From Patescibacteria group bacterium (GTDB taxonomy: Bacteria; Patescibacteriota; Doudnabacteria; UBA920): a DNA stretch of 61,520 nt. Position 1 is the first letter of the stretch; each line of letters begins with the position of its first letter. The translations under genes and the position numbers were made by a program. Location of the stretch: contig DATAMW010000030.1 of the NCBI GenBank assembly GCA_036266555.1, positions 1 to 61,520 on the forward strand, given 5' to 3'. This document shows positions 42,839 to 50,495 of the stretch, one piece after another. The notes under the pieces are model-generated. The model made no database searches. It worked only from the letters and a program-made list of their open reading frames with translations, and was not told the origin of the DNA.

Positions 42839-43423
42839 TTAAGCTTTTCCTAAAGTAGCGTCGCCTTTTTTCCAGTTGGCTGGGCAACGTTCGCCGGTTT
42901 GTAATGCTTCGACTACGCGCAAGGTTTCGGCAGTGTTGCGACCAACGCCACCATCAGAAACTAGTGCGTAACGGAGCACACCGTCTGGATCAATGATGAA
43001 CGTGCCGCGTTGGGAAGCGCCATCATCATCTAAAACATTATAGATGTCAGACAATTCTTGAGTCGTGTCCGCAATAATTGGATACTTAATGTCTTTCAAT
43101 CGGTCATCAGTTTCGTACCAAGCCTTGTGAGAATGCTCACTGTCAGTGCTGGCGGCAATCACTTCGCAGTTTAAAGCTTTGAACGCTTCGTAATGTTCGC
43201 CAAATTCCTGAATTTCTGTTGGGCAGATAAAAGTGAAGTCGCGCGGATAGAAAAATAGCACGAGCCATTTGCCTTTGTAGTCGGACAAAGAAGCTTTAGC
43301 AAATTCACCTTGATGATATGTAGTTAGATCTTCAAAAACTGGTGCGGGTTGACCGACTTGTGGGCCAAATTGGTAGCCAAAGTCATCTTCTAATCCGCAG
43401 GAGCTGCAGTTACAATCGTGCAT
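42839..43423 (-). CDS. Typical 2-Cys peroxiredoxin (AhpC/Prx1 family) with a Cys-rich N-terminal extension
   Basis: Peroxidatic motif FYPRDFTFICPTEI and resolving-Cys motif ERCPANW. The extra N-terminus is MHDCNCSSCGLEDD. SD-like AAAGGA lies 6 nt upstream of the ATG. Confidence 0.88.
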   Translation of the reverse strand: MHDCNCSSCGLEDDFGYQFGPQVGQPAPVFEDLTTYHQGEFAKASLSDYKGKWLVLFFYPRDFTFICPTEIQEFGEHYEAFKALNCEVIAASTDSEHSHKAWYETDDRLKDIKYPIIADTTQELSDIYNVLDDDGASQRGTFIIDPDGVLRYALVSDGGVGRNTAETLRVVEALQTGERCPANWKKGDATLGKA

Positions 43424-43458
43424 AAAAATCCTTTCACAGGTTAATAGGTTATATATTT

Positions 43459-43487
43459 AGTTTACGCCGTGGAGAATAAAGAATCAA
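43459..43487 (-). promoter_or_regulatory. Candidate promoter (TTGATT-17-TAAACT) for the peroxiredoxin gene
   Basis: On the minus strand: -35 at 43487-43482, 17-nt spacer, -10 at 43464-43459. Confidence 0.4.
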
Positions 43488-43500
43488 ATTTTTGAAATTT

Positions 43501-43523
43501 AAAAAGCCGCCCCGTAGGACGGC
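43501..43523 (-). terminator. Minus-strand terminator-like hairpin with no annotated upstream gene
   Basis: On the minus strand: GCCGTCC-tacg-GGGCGGC followed by TTTTTAAATTT. On the + strand the T-run is poor. Confidence 0.4.
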
Positions 43524-43577
43524 TTTCGATAGCAGGTTGCTATTGGTTCGACACCATTAACTACATATTATCATAGT

Positions 43578-43607
43578 TTGACCACCGACCTCAATATGTG
43601 GTACAGT
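43578..43607 (+). promoter_or_regulatory. Candidate promoter (TTGACC-18-TACAGT with a TG extension) for rny
   Basis: -35 at 43578-43583, TGgTACAGT at 43599-43607. Implies a ~210-nt 5' UTR. Confidence 0.35.
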
Positions 43608-43823
43608 AAAGCCATAAAATCAATTTTAAATTTCCGTGTAGGTTAAGGCTAAATTTTACTGAATTTCACGACAATGCGACTACTTTCAACAATTTCTACG
43701 TTAGAAACGTTACTAAAACTCAGCTCCCGAAACTTCTCTACTATCGAATAAATTTCGAGCTAGTTTTTCGCATATCAACATAGTTCAGCAACCAGCCTTA
43801 CTCCTAACGGATGTAAGGTATTT

Positions 43824-45371
43824 ATGTTAGCTATTATTTATTCAATTATTGGAGCAGTGATCGGCGGAGTGGTCGGTTACTTGATCCGCCAAAACTTGGC
43901 ATCGAAAAAGGTGTCTGGTGCAGAAGCGCGAGCTGAGCGAATTTTGGAAGATGCCAAGAATCGCGAAAAAGAAATGTTAATCGAAGCCAAGGCAAATGCC
44001 ATGGAAATTACTGATGGCGCTAAAAAAGCTGAAGCAGATTTCCGCGCGCAAATTGTGCGGTTCGAGGAACGTATCGACAGAAAAGAAAAAGATTTAGATC
44101 AGAAAGCGAATCACTTAGATCAAAAAAGTACAGATTTAGACAAGCGTGGCGAAGAGTTGCGTGCTACTGAAGAAGAAATCAAATCTGTAAAAGCGCAGCA
44201 ATTAGAAAAGTTAGAAAAAATTGCTGGCTTAAGCCGGGAAGATGCTGCAAAAGTGTTAATGGAAAATGCAGAAAAAGGCATTTCTGAAGAAATGTTAAAA
44301 TTGCACCGAAAACTTTTGAACGAAGCGCATGAAACTGCAGACAAAGAGGCGCGTAAGATTGTGGCTCAGGCCATTGAACGCATTGCCACAGAAGTTACTG
44401 CAGAAACCACTACTACAACTGTGGTCATTCCAAGCGAAGAAATGAAAGGCCGTATTATTGGTAAAGAAGGCCGCAACATTCGCGCATTCGAACAGCTCAT
44501 GGGCGTGGAAATTTTAATCGATGACTCTCCAGACACAGTGGTGATTTCTGGATTCAATTCCATTCGCCGTCATATTGCGAAACTGACTCTAGATAAACTA
44601 TTAGTAGACGGCCGTATTCATCCGGCTCGAATTGAAGAAGCTTACGAAAAGAGTAAAGCGGAAATTAATGACCAGATGAAACGTGCCGGAGAAGACACTG
44701 TGTACGAATTGGGTATTACTAACTTCCCGCCAAAGCTTGTGCACTTAGTTGGTCGCTTAATGTTCCGTACTTCTTACGGGCAGAACATTTTGCTTCACTC
44801 GATTGAAATGGCTAAAGTAGCTGCGTTAATTGCCGAAGACTTAGGTGCTGATGTATCTATTGTTAAGCAAGGTGCGCTTTTACATGATATTGGTAAAGCG
44901 TTAGACCAAGATATGGAAGGCACTCACGTAGAAATTGGTCGTCGTATTGCCGAGAAGTTTGGTTTGGATGCAAAGGTTGTGGAAGCAATTGAATCTCATC
45001 ACCATGATACAGATGTTTCTGAACATGCTTCTCACCACGCACCACTTTCTATTGAAGCCATGATTGTAGACGCTGCTGATGGTATTTCTGGATCTCGTCC
45101 AGGTGCTCGCAAAGACAGTTTTGAAAATTACGTAAAGCGTTTGGGCGATTTGGAAGATATTGCTAACTCATTCCCTGGGGTTGAAAAAACTTATGCCATT
45201 CAAGGCGGTCGTGAACTGCGCGTGTTCGTTACGCCAACTGCTTTGGACGATTATGGTTGTCAAAAACTGGCTCGTGAAATTGCGAATCGATTGGAAACAG
45301 AACTAAAGTTCCCAGGTGAAATTCGTGTGCACGTGATCCGCGACTTTAGAGTAATTGAGTATGCGAGATAA
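43824..45371 (+). CDS. rny: Ribonuclease Y
   Basis: N-terminal TM helix, K/E-rich coiled coil, KH domain (GRIIGKEGRNIRAFE), HD domain (ALLHDIGKA...HH). Confidence 0.95.
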   Translation: MLAIIYSIIGAVIGGVVGYLIRQNLASKKVSGAEARAERILEDAKNREKEMLIEAKANAMEITDGAKKAEADFRAQIVRFEERIDRKEKDLDQKANHLDQKSTDLDKRGEELRATEEEIKSVKAQQLEKLEKIAGLSREDAAKVLMENAEKGISEEMLKLHRKLLNEAHETADKEARKIVAQAIERIATEVTAETTTTTVVIPSEEMKGRIIGKEGRNIRAFEQLMGVEILIDDSPDTVVISGFNSIRRHIAKLTLDKLLVDGRIHPARIEEAYEKSKAEINDQMKRAGEDTVYELGITNFPPKLVHLVGRLMFRTSYGQNILLHSIEMAKVAALIAEDLGADVSIVKQGALLHDIGKALDQDMEGTHVEIGRRIAEKFGLDAKVVEAIESHHHDTDVSEHASHHAPLSIEAMIVDAADGISGSRPGARKDSFENYVKRLGDLEDIANSFPGVEKTYAIQGGRELRVFVTPTALDDYGCQKLAREIANRLETELKFPGEIRVHVIRDFRVIEYAR

Positions 45372-45385
45372 TTAAATATAAATTT

Positions 45386-45721
45386 ATGGGAGATAGCTTT
45401 GTTCAAATTGGAGGCACTTTTGCTTTTGCAGTCTTGTTCTTTTATGGTGTTATCGGGTTTATAACTGGAAAATTATTTTACAATGATGTTCCGGGCGCGA
45501 TCGGCACAAATATTTATTCTATATCTGGCAAAAGAGCTGATTATACAAGTGCTGGCATAGCTTTATTAGGGTTATTAATTTATCTGCTAATAGCTTACTC
45601 TGCCCCTCCCGTATTTTATGGCAGTTATTTATTGAGCCATATCATCTTCGGACTTACTGGATTGATAACTGCTTTCATTTCTAATTTAATTGCAAAGAGA
45701 AAAGTAACGAATAAAAGATAG
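45386..45721 (+). CDS. Small hypothetical membrane protein
   Basis: 111-aa ORF with three hydrophobic segments, inserted between rny and the ymdB-like gene. Confidence 0.5.
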   Translation: MGDSFVQIGGTFAFAVLFFYGVIGFITGKLFYNDVPGAIGTNIYSISGKRADYTSAGIALLGLLIYLLIAYSAPPVFYGSYLLSHIIFGLTGLITAFISNLIAKRKVTNKR

Positions 45722-45730
45722 TATAAATTA

Positions 45731-46537
45731 ATGGCAAAAATCTTACTTATTGGCGACATAATGGGACGACCTGGGCGGCACGCGCTAGCCCAGGTTTTGC
45801 CTATGTGGAAAGCCGACTATTCGCCTGACGTTGTAATTGGTAATGTGGAAAATTTGGCGCATGGCAAAGGCATCACTTTGAACACGATGGAAGAAATGGA
45901 AGCGCTGGGCTTTGACGCGTACACTTCCGGGAATCATGTGTTTAAAACTGGTTCGCACTCCACAGATTGTTTTAACAAGTATGATAAAATCACGCGGCCA
46001 AATAATTACGTGGGTGATTTGCCAGGCAGCGGCTACTATCGGTTTGCGAAAAATGGCCAACAGTACTTGATCATGAATTTATCAGGCCAAGTATTTATGG
46101 AAAAGCAAACTCCATACGAAATTAGTAATCCATTTTTTGCGTTTAACGAACTTTACGAACAGCAGGCTCAAAAAGATGATATAATTATTGTAGATTTGCA
46201 TGCTGAAGCTACGAGTGAAAAAAATGCGTTTGGCTGGCATGTAGATGGCCGTGCCACAATTATGTATGGCACCCACACGCACATCCCGACCGGCGACACC
46301 AAAATTTTGCCAAAGGGCACAGCATTCCAAACTGATTTGGGAATGACTGGCGCTAAGGACTCGGTCATTGGAGTAATTCCGGAAAATTCTTTGAACATGT
46401 TCCTTGAAAAAGGAAAAATGAAAATGGAATTGCCAGAGTCTGGCCCAGTAGTCGTGAACGCGCTATTAGTAGACACAAACGGAAACAAAGTTATTAAAAT
46501 AGAGCGATTGCAAAAAGAAGTTCACGTCGAAGCTTAA
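45731..46537 (+). CDS. ymdB: YmdB-like metallophosphoesterase (2',3'-cyclic-nucleotide phosphodiesterase family)
   Basis: MAKILLIGDIMGRPGR, GNVENLAHGKGIT and VDLHAEATSEK are calcineurin-like motifs in YmdB order. It holds the conserved position downstream of rny. Confidence 0.85.
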   Translation: MAKILLIGDIMGRPGRHALAQVLPMWKADYSPDVVIGNVENLAHGKGITLNTMEEMEALGFDAYTSGNHVFKTGSHSTDCFNKYDKITRPNNYVGDLPGSGYYRFAKNGQQYLIMNLSGQVFMEKQTPYEISNPFFAFNELYEQQAQKDDIIIVDLHAEATSEKNAFGWHVDGRATIMYGTHTHIPTGDTKILPKGTAFQTDLGMTGAKDSVIGVIPENSLNMFLEKGKMKMELPESGPVVVNALLVDTNGNKVIKIERLQKEVHVEA

Positions 46538-46575
46538 AATGTCGGCCAAATAGTCGCTTAGCAAACAAAACAAAA

Positions 46576-47100
46576 ATGAAATTCATCAATCCACAAAACG
46601 TAGTGTCCCAAATGGGACTAAAAACTGGCCAAACCGTGGCAGATTTAGGCAGCGGTGCTGGCTTCTTTGCTTTAGCTGCCGCCAAGTTAGTTGGCAATAC
46701 TGGCAAAGTGTTTGCCGTGGACGTACAACAGTCTAAACTCACAGCCACTTTTTCTGCAGCCTCGCAACAAGGTTTTAAAAACATTCATTTGGTACAAGCA
46801 GATTTAGATCAGCCAATTAGCGCCATTCCCGATGCCAGCTGCGACGCCGTTATTATGGCCAGCATTTTGCATGAAATGAAAGACAGAAAAATGTTGTTTG
46901 CGAACATGTATCGAATTTTAAAAACTGGTGGTGTGGTGTTAACAGCAGAATGGAAAGTGGCGCATACAATTTTTGGTCCGCCATTGGAAAAGCGCATCCC
47001 AGAAGATCAACTTGAACAAGAACTTGCCCAAACTGGCCTACATAAGGTAAAATCTATACCAGCTGACATGGCGCACTACGCGCTTCTGTTCCAGAAGTAA
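46576..47100 (+). CDS. Class I SAM-dependent methyltransferase
   Basis: Motif I VADLGSGAGFFALAAA; post-I FAVDV; motif II-like AVIMASILHE. Confidence 0.75.
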   Translation: MKFINPQNVVSQMGLKTGQTVADLGSGAGFFALAAAKLVGNTGKVFAVDVQQSKLTATFSAASQQGFKNIHLVQADLDQPISAIPDASCDAVIMASILHEMKDRKMLFANMYRILKTGGVVLTAEWKVAHTIFGPPLEKRIPEDQLEQELAQTGLHKVKSIPADMAHYALLFQK

Positions 47101-47114
47101 TTAACGTAACTCAA

Positions 47115-47543
47115 ATGATATTGAACATCGACCTCCACCACATAAATTGGCGCGAATTCGCAACTACTCAATTTTGGTTCGCCATCGACCGTTCTGGCCC
47201 ACACCCTTCTGATAAAGTAATTCTTTTAGCCGCTGCAGTAATTTTTGTGTTGGGGATTTTGGTTTTAGTGTACGCTCGGTTTGCAAAGAATCAGTTTTTA
47301 GCTGATGTGGCCCGCCGCGTTGGCAAGATTTTTGTGGGCACTGCAATTTTGGAAGCCCTTTGGTATGGTTTGCGCTATGAATATGCACAAGTACTTGGTA
47401 CCAAAGCCGCAGCTGCAGTGATTTTGTTGGGTGGATTAATTTATCTGTACAGCCCGCTGAAATATTTAATTACTCATTACAAAACTGATATGGCTGTTGC
47501 AGAACGCGCTGCTAGCCGTGAAAAATACTTGAAAAAATCTTAA
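47115..47543 (+). CDS. Hypothetical membrane protein
   Basis: 142-aa ORF with about three TM segments; no recognisable motif. Confidence 0.5.
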   Translation: MILNIDLHHINWREFATTQFWFAIDRSGPHPSDKVILLAAAVIFVLGILVLVYARFAKNQFLADVARRVGKIFVGTAILEALWYGLRYEYAQVLGTKAAAAVILLGGLIYLYSPLKYLITHYKTDMAVAERAASREKYLKKS

Positions 47544-47557
47544 GAAAAAATTCAGTA

Positions 47558-47610
47558 AAAGTTTAAAAAAACTTTACCGAAACTTTATAAAAACTTTAAG
47601 TTAACTTTAA
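47558..47610 (+). repeat. Four AACTTTA direct repeats at exact 11-bp spacing, preceded by an inverted copy
   Basis: ACTTTA begins at 47571, 47582, 47593 and 47604. Upstream GTAAAAGTTT is nearly the reverse complement of AAACTTTAC. Confidence 0.7.
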
Positions 47611-47633
47611 CTCGATTATGTCATGCTTACCAC

Positions 47634-48029
47634 ATGACATTTTCTTTTCGAAAAAATTTAGGAACCTGGGGCGAATATATTGCTTGCGAAGAATATTTAA
47701 AACGTGGCTATGTATTAGTAGCGCGCAATGTGTACAACAACAAAGGCAAGCAAATGGGCGAAATCGATCTCATTATGCGCAGCGAAACTGAGCTAATTTT
47801 TGTTGAGGTCAAAACTCGCAGCAGCAACAGATTTGGCACAGGCGCAGAGTCTGTAACTAAAGCCAAGCAGAAAAAACTCATTCGAGTATTGAGCTGGTTT
47901 TGCCGAAAATTTCCCCAATATAACAACTTAAAGCAGCGCATCGACGTATGCGTTGTTGAGCCTGCCTCACTTGACAAATCCGCTGCAAATGTTATAATTA
48001 TCCCAGATGCAATAACCTTAGATTATTGA
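47634..48029 (+). CDS. yraN: YraN-family (UPF0102) endonuclease-like protein
   Basis: GEYIACEEYLKRGYVLVARN...GEIDLIMRSETELIFVEVKTRS matches the UPF0102 core. Confidence 0.8.
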   Translation: MTFSFRKNLGTWGEYIACEEYLKRGYVLVARNVYNNKGKQMGEIDLIMRSETELIFVEVKTRSSNRFGTGAESVTKAKQKKLIRVLSWFCRKFPQYNNLKQRIDVCVVEPASLDKSAANVIIIPDAITLDY

Positions 48030-48051
48030 TGAGCAGCGGCTCATCTTTTTT
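48028..48051 (+). terminator. Intrinsic terminator overlapping the yraN stop codon
   Basis: GATGAGC-agcg-GCTCATC followed by T6. Confidence 0.7.
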
Positions 48052-48147
48052 AATAGGCTATTGTGGTTTCTGAAATATTTTCAGGAATCAAAGCGTACAA
48101 TTAAATATGAGCTCCTATCAATTAGAGAGTTCAAGAAAATTAAATAT

Positions 48148-49359
48148 ATGAACGAACCATTCGAACAAGCATTGCAGCAAATTGCCGAAGAAAAAGGCGT
48201 TTCCCGCGATGAAATAATCCAAATGATCGAAGCTTCTCTTGCAGCAGCTTTCCGTAAAGATTACGGTGAAAAAGATCAAAACCCAGTTGTTGTTTTCGAC
48301 GCCGAAAACATGGGTGCAAAAATTTATGATGAAAAAATTGTAGTATCTGGCAAAACTTTGGAATCCGAAGATCCAGAACTGCAACTTGATCCAGTTAAAG
48401 AAATTGATGTAGAAGCAGCGCAGGCTTTTGGCAAACACAAAGTCGGCGATGTAATTCGCACAGAAATCACTCCAACCGATGGTGTGGCTTTTGGTCGTAT
48501 CGCTGCGCAAACTGCAAAGCAAGTTATCATTCAAAAACTTCGTGAAGCTGAACGCAATGTGCAATTCTCAGACTTCAAAGCTAAAGAACGCACTTTAATT
48601 AATGGGATTGTGCAACGCATCGAAGGCGACACAGTGCTTGTAGATTTAGGTAAAGGCGTTGGTGTGCTATTCCCATCAGAACAAATTCGCGGTGAAAAAT
48701 ATGAAATCGGTCAACGCATTAAAGTACTGATCTTGCATGTTGAACCGGCGACTCGCGGACCGAAAATTACTTTGTCTCGTTCCCACCCAGATATTGTCCG
48801 AAAACTTTTTGAAATGGAAGTACCAGAAATTTTTAACGGCGCAGTAGAAATTAAAGCGGTAGCTCGTGAAGCTGGTTCCCGTTCGAAAATTGCCGTGGCA
48901 TCTACTCAAGAGGGTATTGATCCAATTGGTGCATGTGTTGGCCAAAAAGGCACTCGCGTGCAAACAGTTATGGCTGAACTTGGCGGCGAGAAAATCGATA
49001 TTATTGAGTGGAGTGAAGACCCTGTGAAGTTTATTGCGAACTCTTTGTCTCCCGCAAAAATTATTAACGTGCAACTTGATATGGAAGAAAAAGAAGCTAA
49101 AGTTGGCGTTTTGGAAGATCAATTGTCTTTAGCAATTGGTAAAGCTGGTCAGAACGTACGCTTAGCCGCGCGTTTAACGGCTTGGAAAATTGATATCAAC
49201 CAAGAAAATGTTGGTTCTGCTCCTGCTGATGAAAATGCAGAAGGTGATGAAGTTCCAACCGAACAACAAGCTCCAGCAGAAACAGAAACTTCTGACGAAG
49301 CAACAACAACTCCTGAACACCCAACCGACGTGGTTGATGGTGAAAATTCAGAGGAATAA
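48148..49359 (+). CDS. nusA: Transcription termination/antitermination factor NusA
   Basis: Start set at ATG 48148 (MNEPFEQALQQIAEEKGVSRDEIIQMIEASLAAAFRKDYG is the NusA N-terminal domain). S1 domain, two KH domains (GACVGQKGTRVQ, LAIGKAGQNVRLA), acidic tail. Confidence 0.93.
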   Translation: MNEPFEQALQQIAEEKGVSRDEIIQMIEASLAAAFRKDYGEKDQNPVVVFDAENMGAKIYDEKIVVSGKTLESEDPELQLDPVKEIDVEAAQAFGKHKVGDVIRTEITPTDGVAFGRIAAQTAKQVIIQKLREAERNVQFSDFKAKERTLINGIVQRIEGDTVLVDLGKGVGVLFPSEQIRGEKYEIGQRIKVLILHVEPATRGPKITLSRSHPDIVRKLFEMEVPEIFNGAVEIKAVAREAGSRSKIAVASTQEGIDPIGACVGQKGTRVQTVMAELGGEKIDIIEWSEDPVKFIANSLSPAKIINVQLDMEEKEAKVGVLEDQLSLAIGKAGQNVRLAARLTAWKIDINQENVGSAPADENAEGDEVPTEQQAPAETETSDEATTTPEHPTDVVDGENSEE

Positions 49360-49417
49360 ATTTGAGAATAACTTGTAGCTAAGCGAACGCATCTGAGTAT
49401 GTGGCGCAAAAATTATT

Positions 49418-49452
49418 TAGTTAGCCATGAACGAAGCTAAGTGAGCTAACTA
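49418..49452 (+). other. Hairpin between nusA and clpP
   Basis: TAGTTAGC-(19 nt)-GCTAACTA, an 8-bp stem. The role (terminator or leader) is unclear. Confidence 0.35.
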
Positions 49453-49491
49453 CAATTTATTGTTCTAAAATTATTATTAACAACAAAACAT

Positions 49492-50067
49492 ATGCCCTTA
49501 GTACCAATGGTTATTGAAAAGTCTTCGATGGGCGAACGTGCTTACGATATTTATAGCCGCTTGCTTAAAGATCGAATTATTTTCTTAGGCGAACCAATTG
49601 ATGACAATGTAGTGAATACTATCATTGCGCAATTGCTTTTCCTTGATACAGAAAATAGTTCCGAAGACATTAAAATCTATATTAACTCTCCAGGTGGAAG
49701 CGTGACTTCTGCAATGGCGTTGTACGATACAATTCAACATGTTAAATCTGATGTTTCTACAATTGTAATTGGGCAAGCAGCTTCGGCTGCTGCAGTATTA
49801 CTTTCTGCTGGAGCAAAAGGCAAGCGTCTTGCACTGCCAAACTCCCGTGTAATGATCCATCAAGTGATGGGTGGCATGGAAGGTCAGCAAACTGATGTGG
49901 AAATTCAAGCACGCGAAATGTTGCGTATGAAAAATCAGATTAATGAAATTTTGGCTAAGCACACTGGTCAGCCTGTAAAGAAAATTGAAGAAGATACAGA
50001 TCGCGATTACTTCATGACCCCAGACGAAGCCAAGAAGTATGGTTTAATAGACAAAATCATCCAATAA
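49492..50067 (+). CDS. clpP: ATP-dependent Clp protease proteolytic subunit
   Basis: [19 protein letters not shown], catalytic Ser context [11 protein letters not shown], and MIHQ (His). Typical length. Confidence 0.96.
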   Translation: MPLVPMVIEKSSMGERAYDIYSRLLKDRIIFLGEPIDDNVVNTIIAQLLFLDTENSSEDIKIYINSPGGSVTSAMALYDTIQHVKSDVSTIVIGQAASAAAVLLSAGAKGKRLALPNSRVMIHQVMGGMEGQQTDVEIQAREMLRMKNQINEILAKHTGQPVKKIEEDTDRDYFMTPDEAKKYGLIDKIIQ

Positions 50068-50084
50068 AACTTTCATATAAAAAA

Positions 50085-50106
50085 ACGCCCGCTCGGGTGT
50101 TTTTTT
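50085..50106 (+). terminator. Intrinsic terminator after clpP
   Basis: ACGCCC-gctc-GGGTGT followed by T7. Confidence 0.65.
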
Positions 50107-50118
50107 GCCATAAAAGCG

Positions 50119-50147
50119 TTGACAATAAGCCATTTTTCTGCTATAAT
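50119..50147 (+). promoter_or_regulatory. Consensus sigma70 promoter (TTGACA-17-TATAAT) for the HTH / tail-fibre-like / beta-helix operon
   Basis: -35 TTGACA at 50119-50124, 17-nt spacer, -10 TATAAT at 50142-50147. This is the best promoter match in the window. Confidence 0.65.
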
Positions 50148-50231
50148 AGTTATAGAAAGTATCGGTTAGCCGAGCAGTATAGCCAAAATTAGCTATTTTG
50201 CTTAGAAATACAAACAAAAACACAATTTTAT

Positions 50232-50495
50232 ATGTCAGAGCAGCAAAAACTTCTGCTTTCACAGCCTCAGAATCTAATTTCTATGGCGAAAGTAGCGAAG
50301 TTAACCCCATATTCTGCTGAATATTTATCGTTACTATCTCGCAAGGGGCGTATTCCAGCAATCAAGATCAACCGCGACTGGCTAACTAGCCGTCAGGCGG
50401 TTTTGTCATATGTGGCTGAGCAAAAGAAAAAGCATGAATCATTGCTCAAGCGGTTTGATAGCTCTGCTGCCTTAGAAAATGGAGGGACACGATAA
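50232..50495 (+). CDS. Small helix-turn-helix protein (excisionase/MerR-like HTH_17-type)
   Basis: LISMAKVAKLTPYSAEYLSLLSRKGRIPAIKINRDWLTSRQAVLSYV resembles the excisionase-family DNA-binding HTH. Its stop overlaps the next start (TAATG). Confidence 0.6.
   Translation: MSEQQKLLLSQPQNLISMAKVAKLTPYSAEYLSLLSRKGRIPAIKINRDWLTSRQAVLSYVAEQKKKHESLLKRFDSSAALENGGTR

Noticed and set aside
18361-50231. Heptamer GTTAGCC recurring in four 5' leader regions (near 18440, 18925, 49421 and 50165)
   Set aside because: A 7-mer is expected several times by chance in 61 kb. At least one further copy lies inside the comM coding sequence (near 12457), so the intergenic enrichment is not convincing without statistics.
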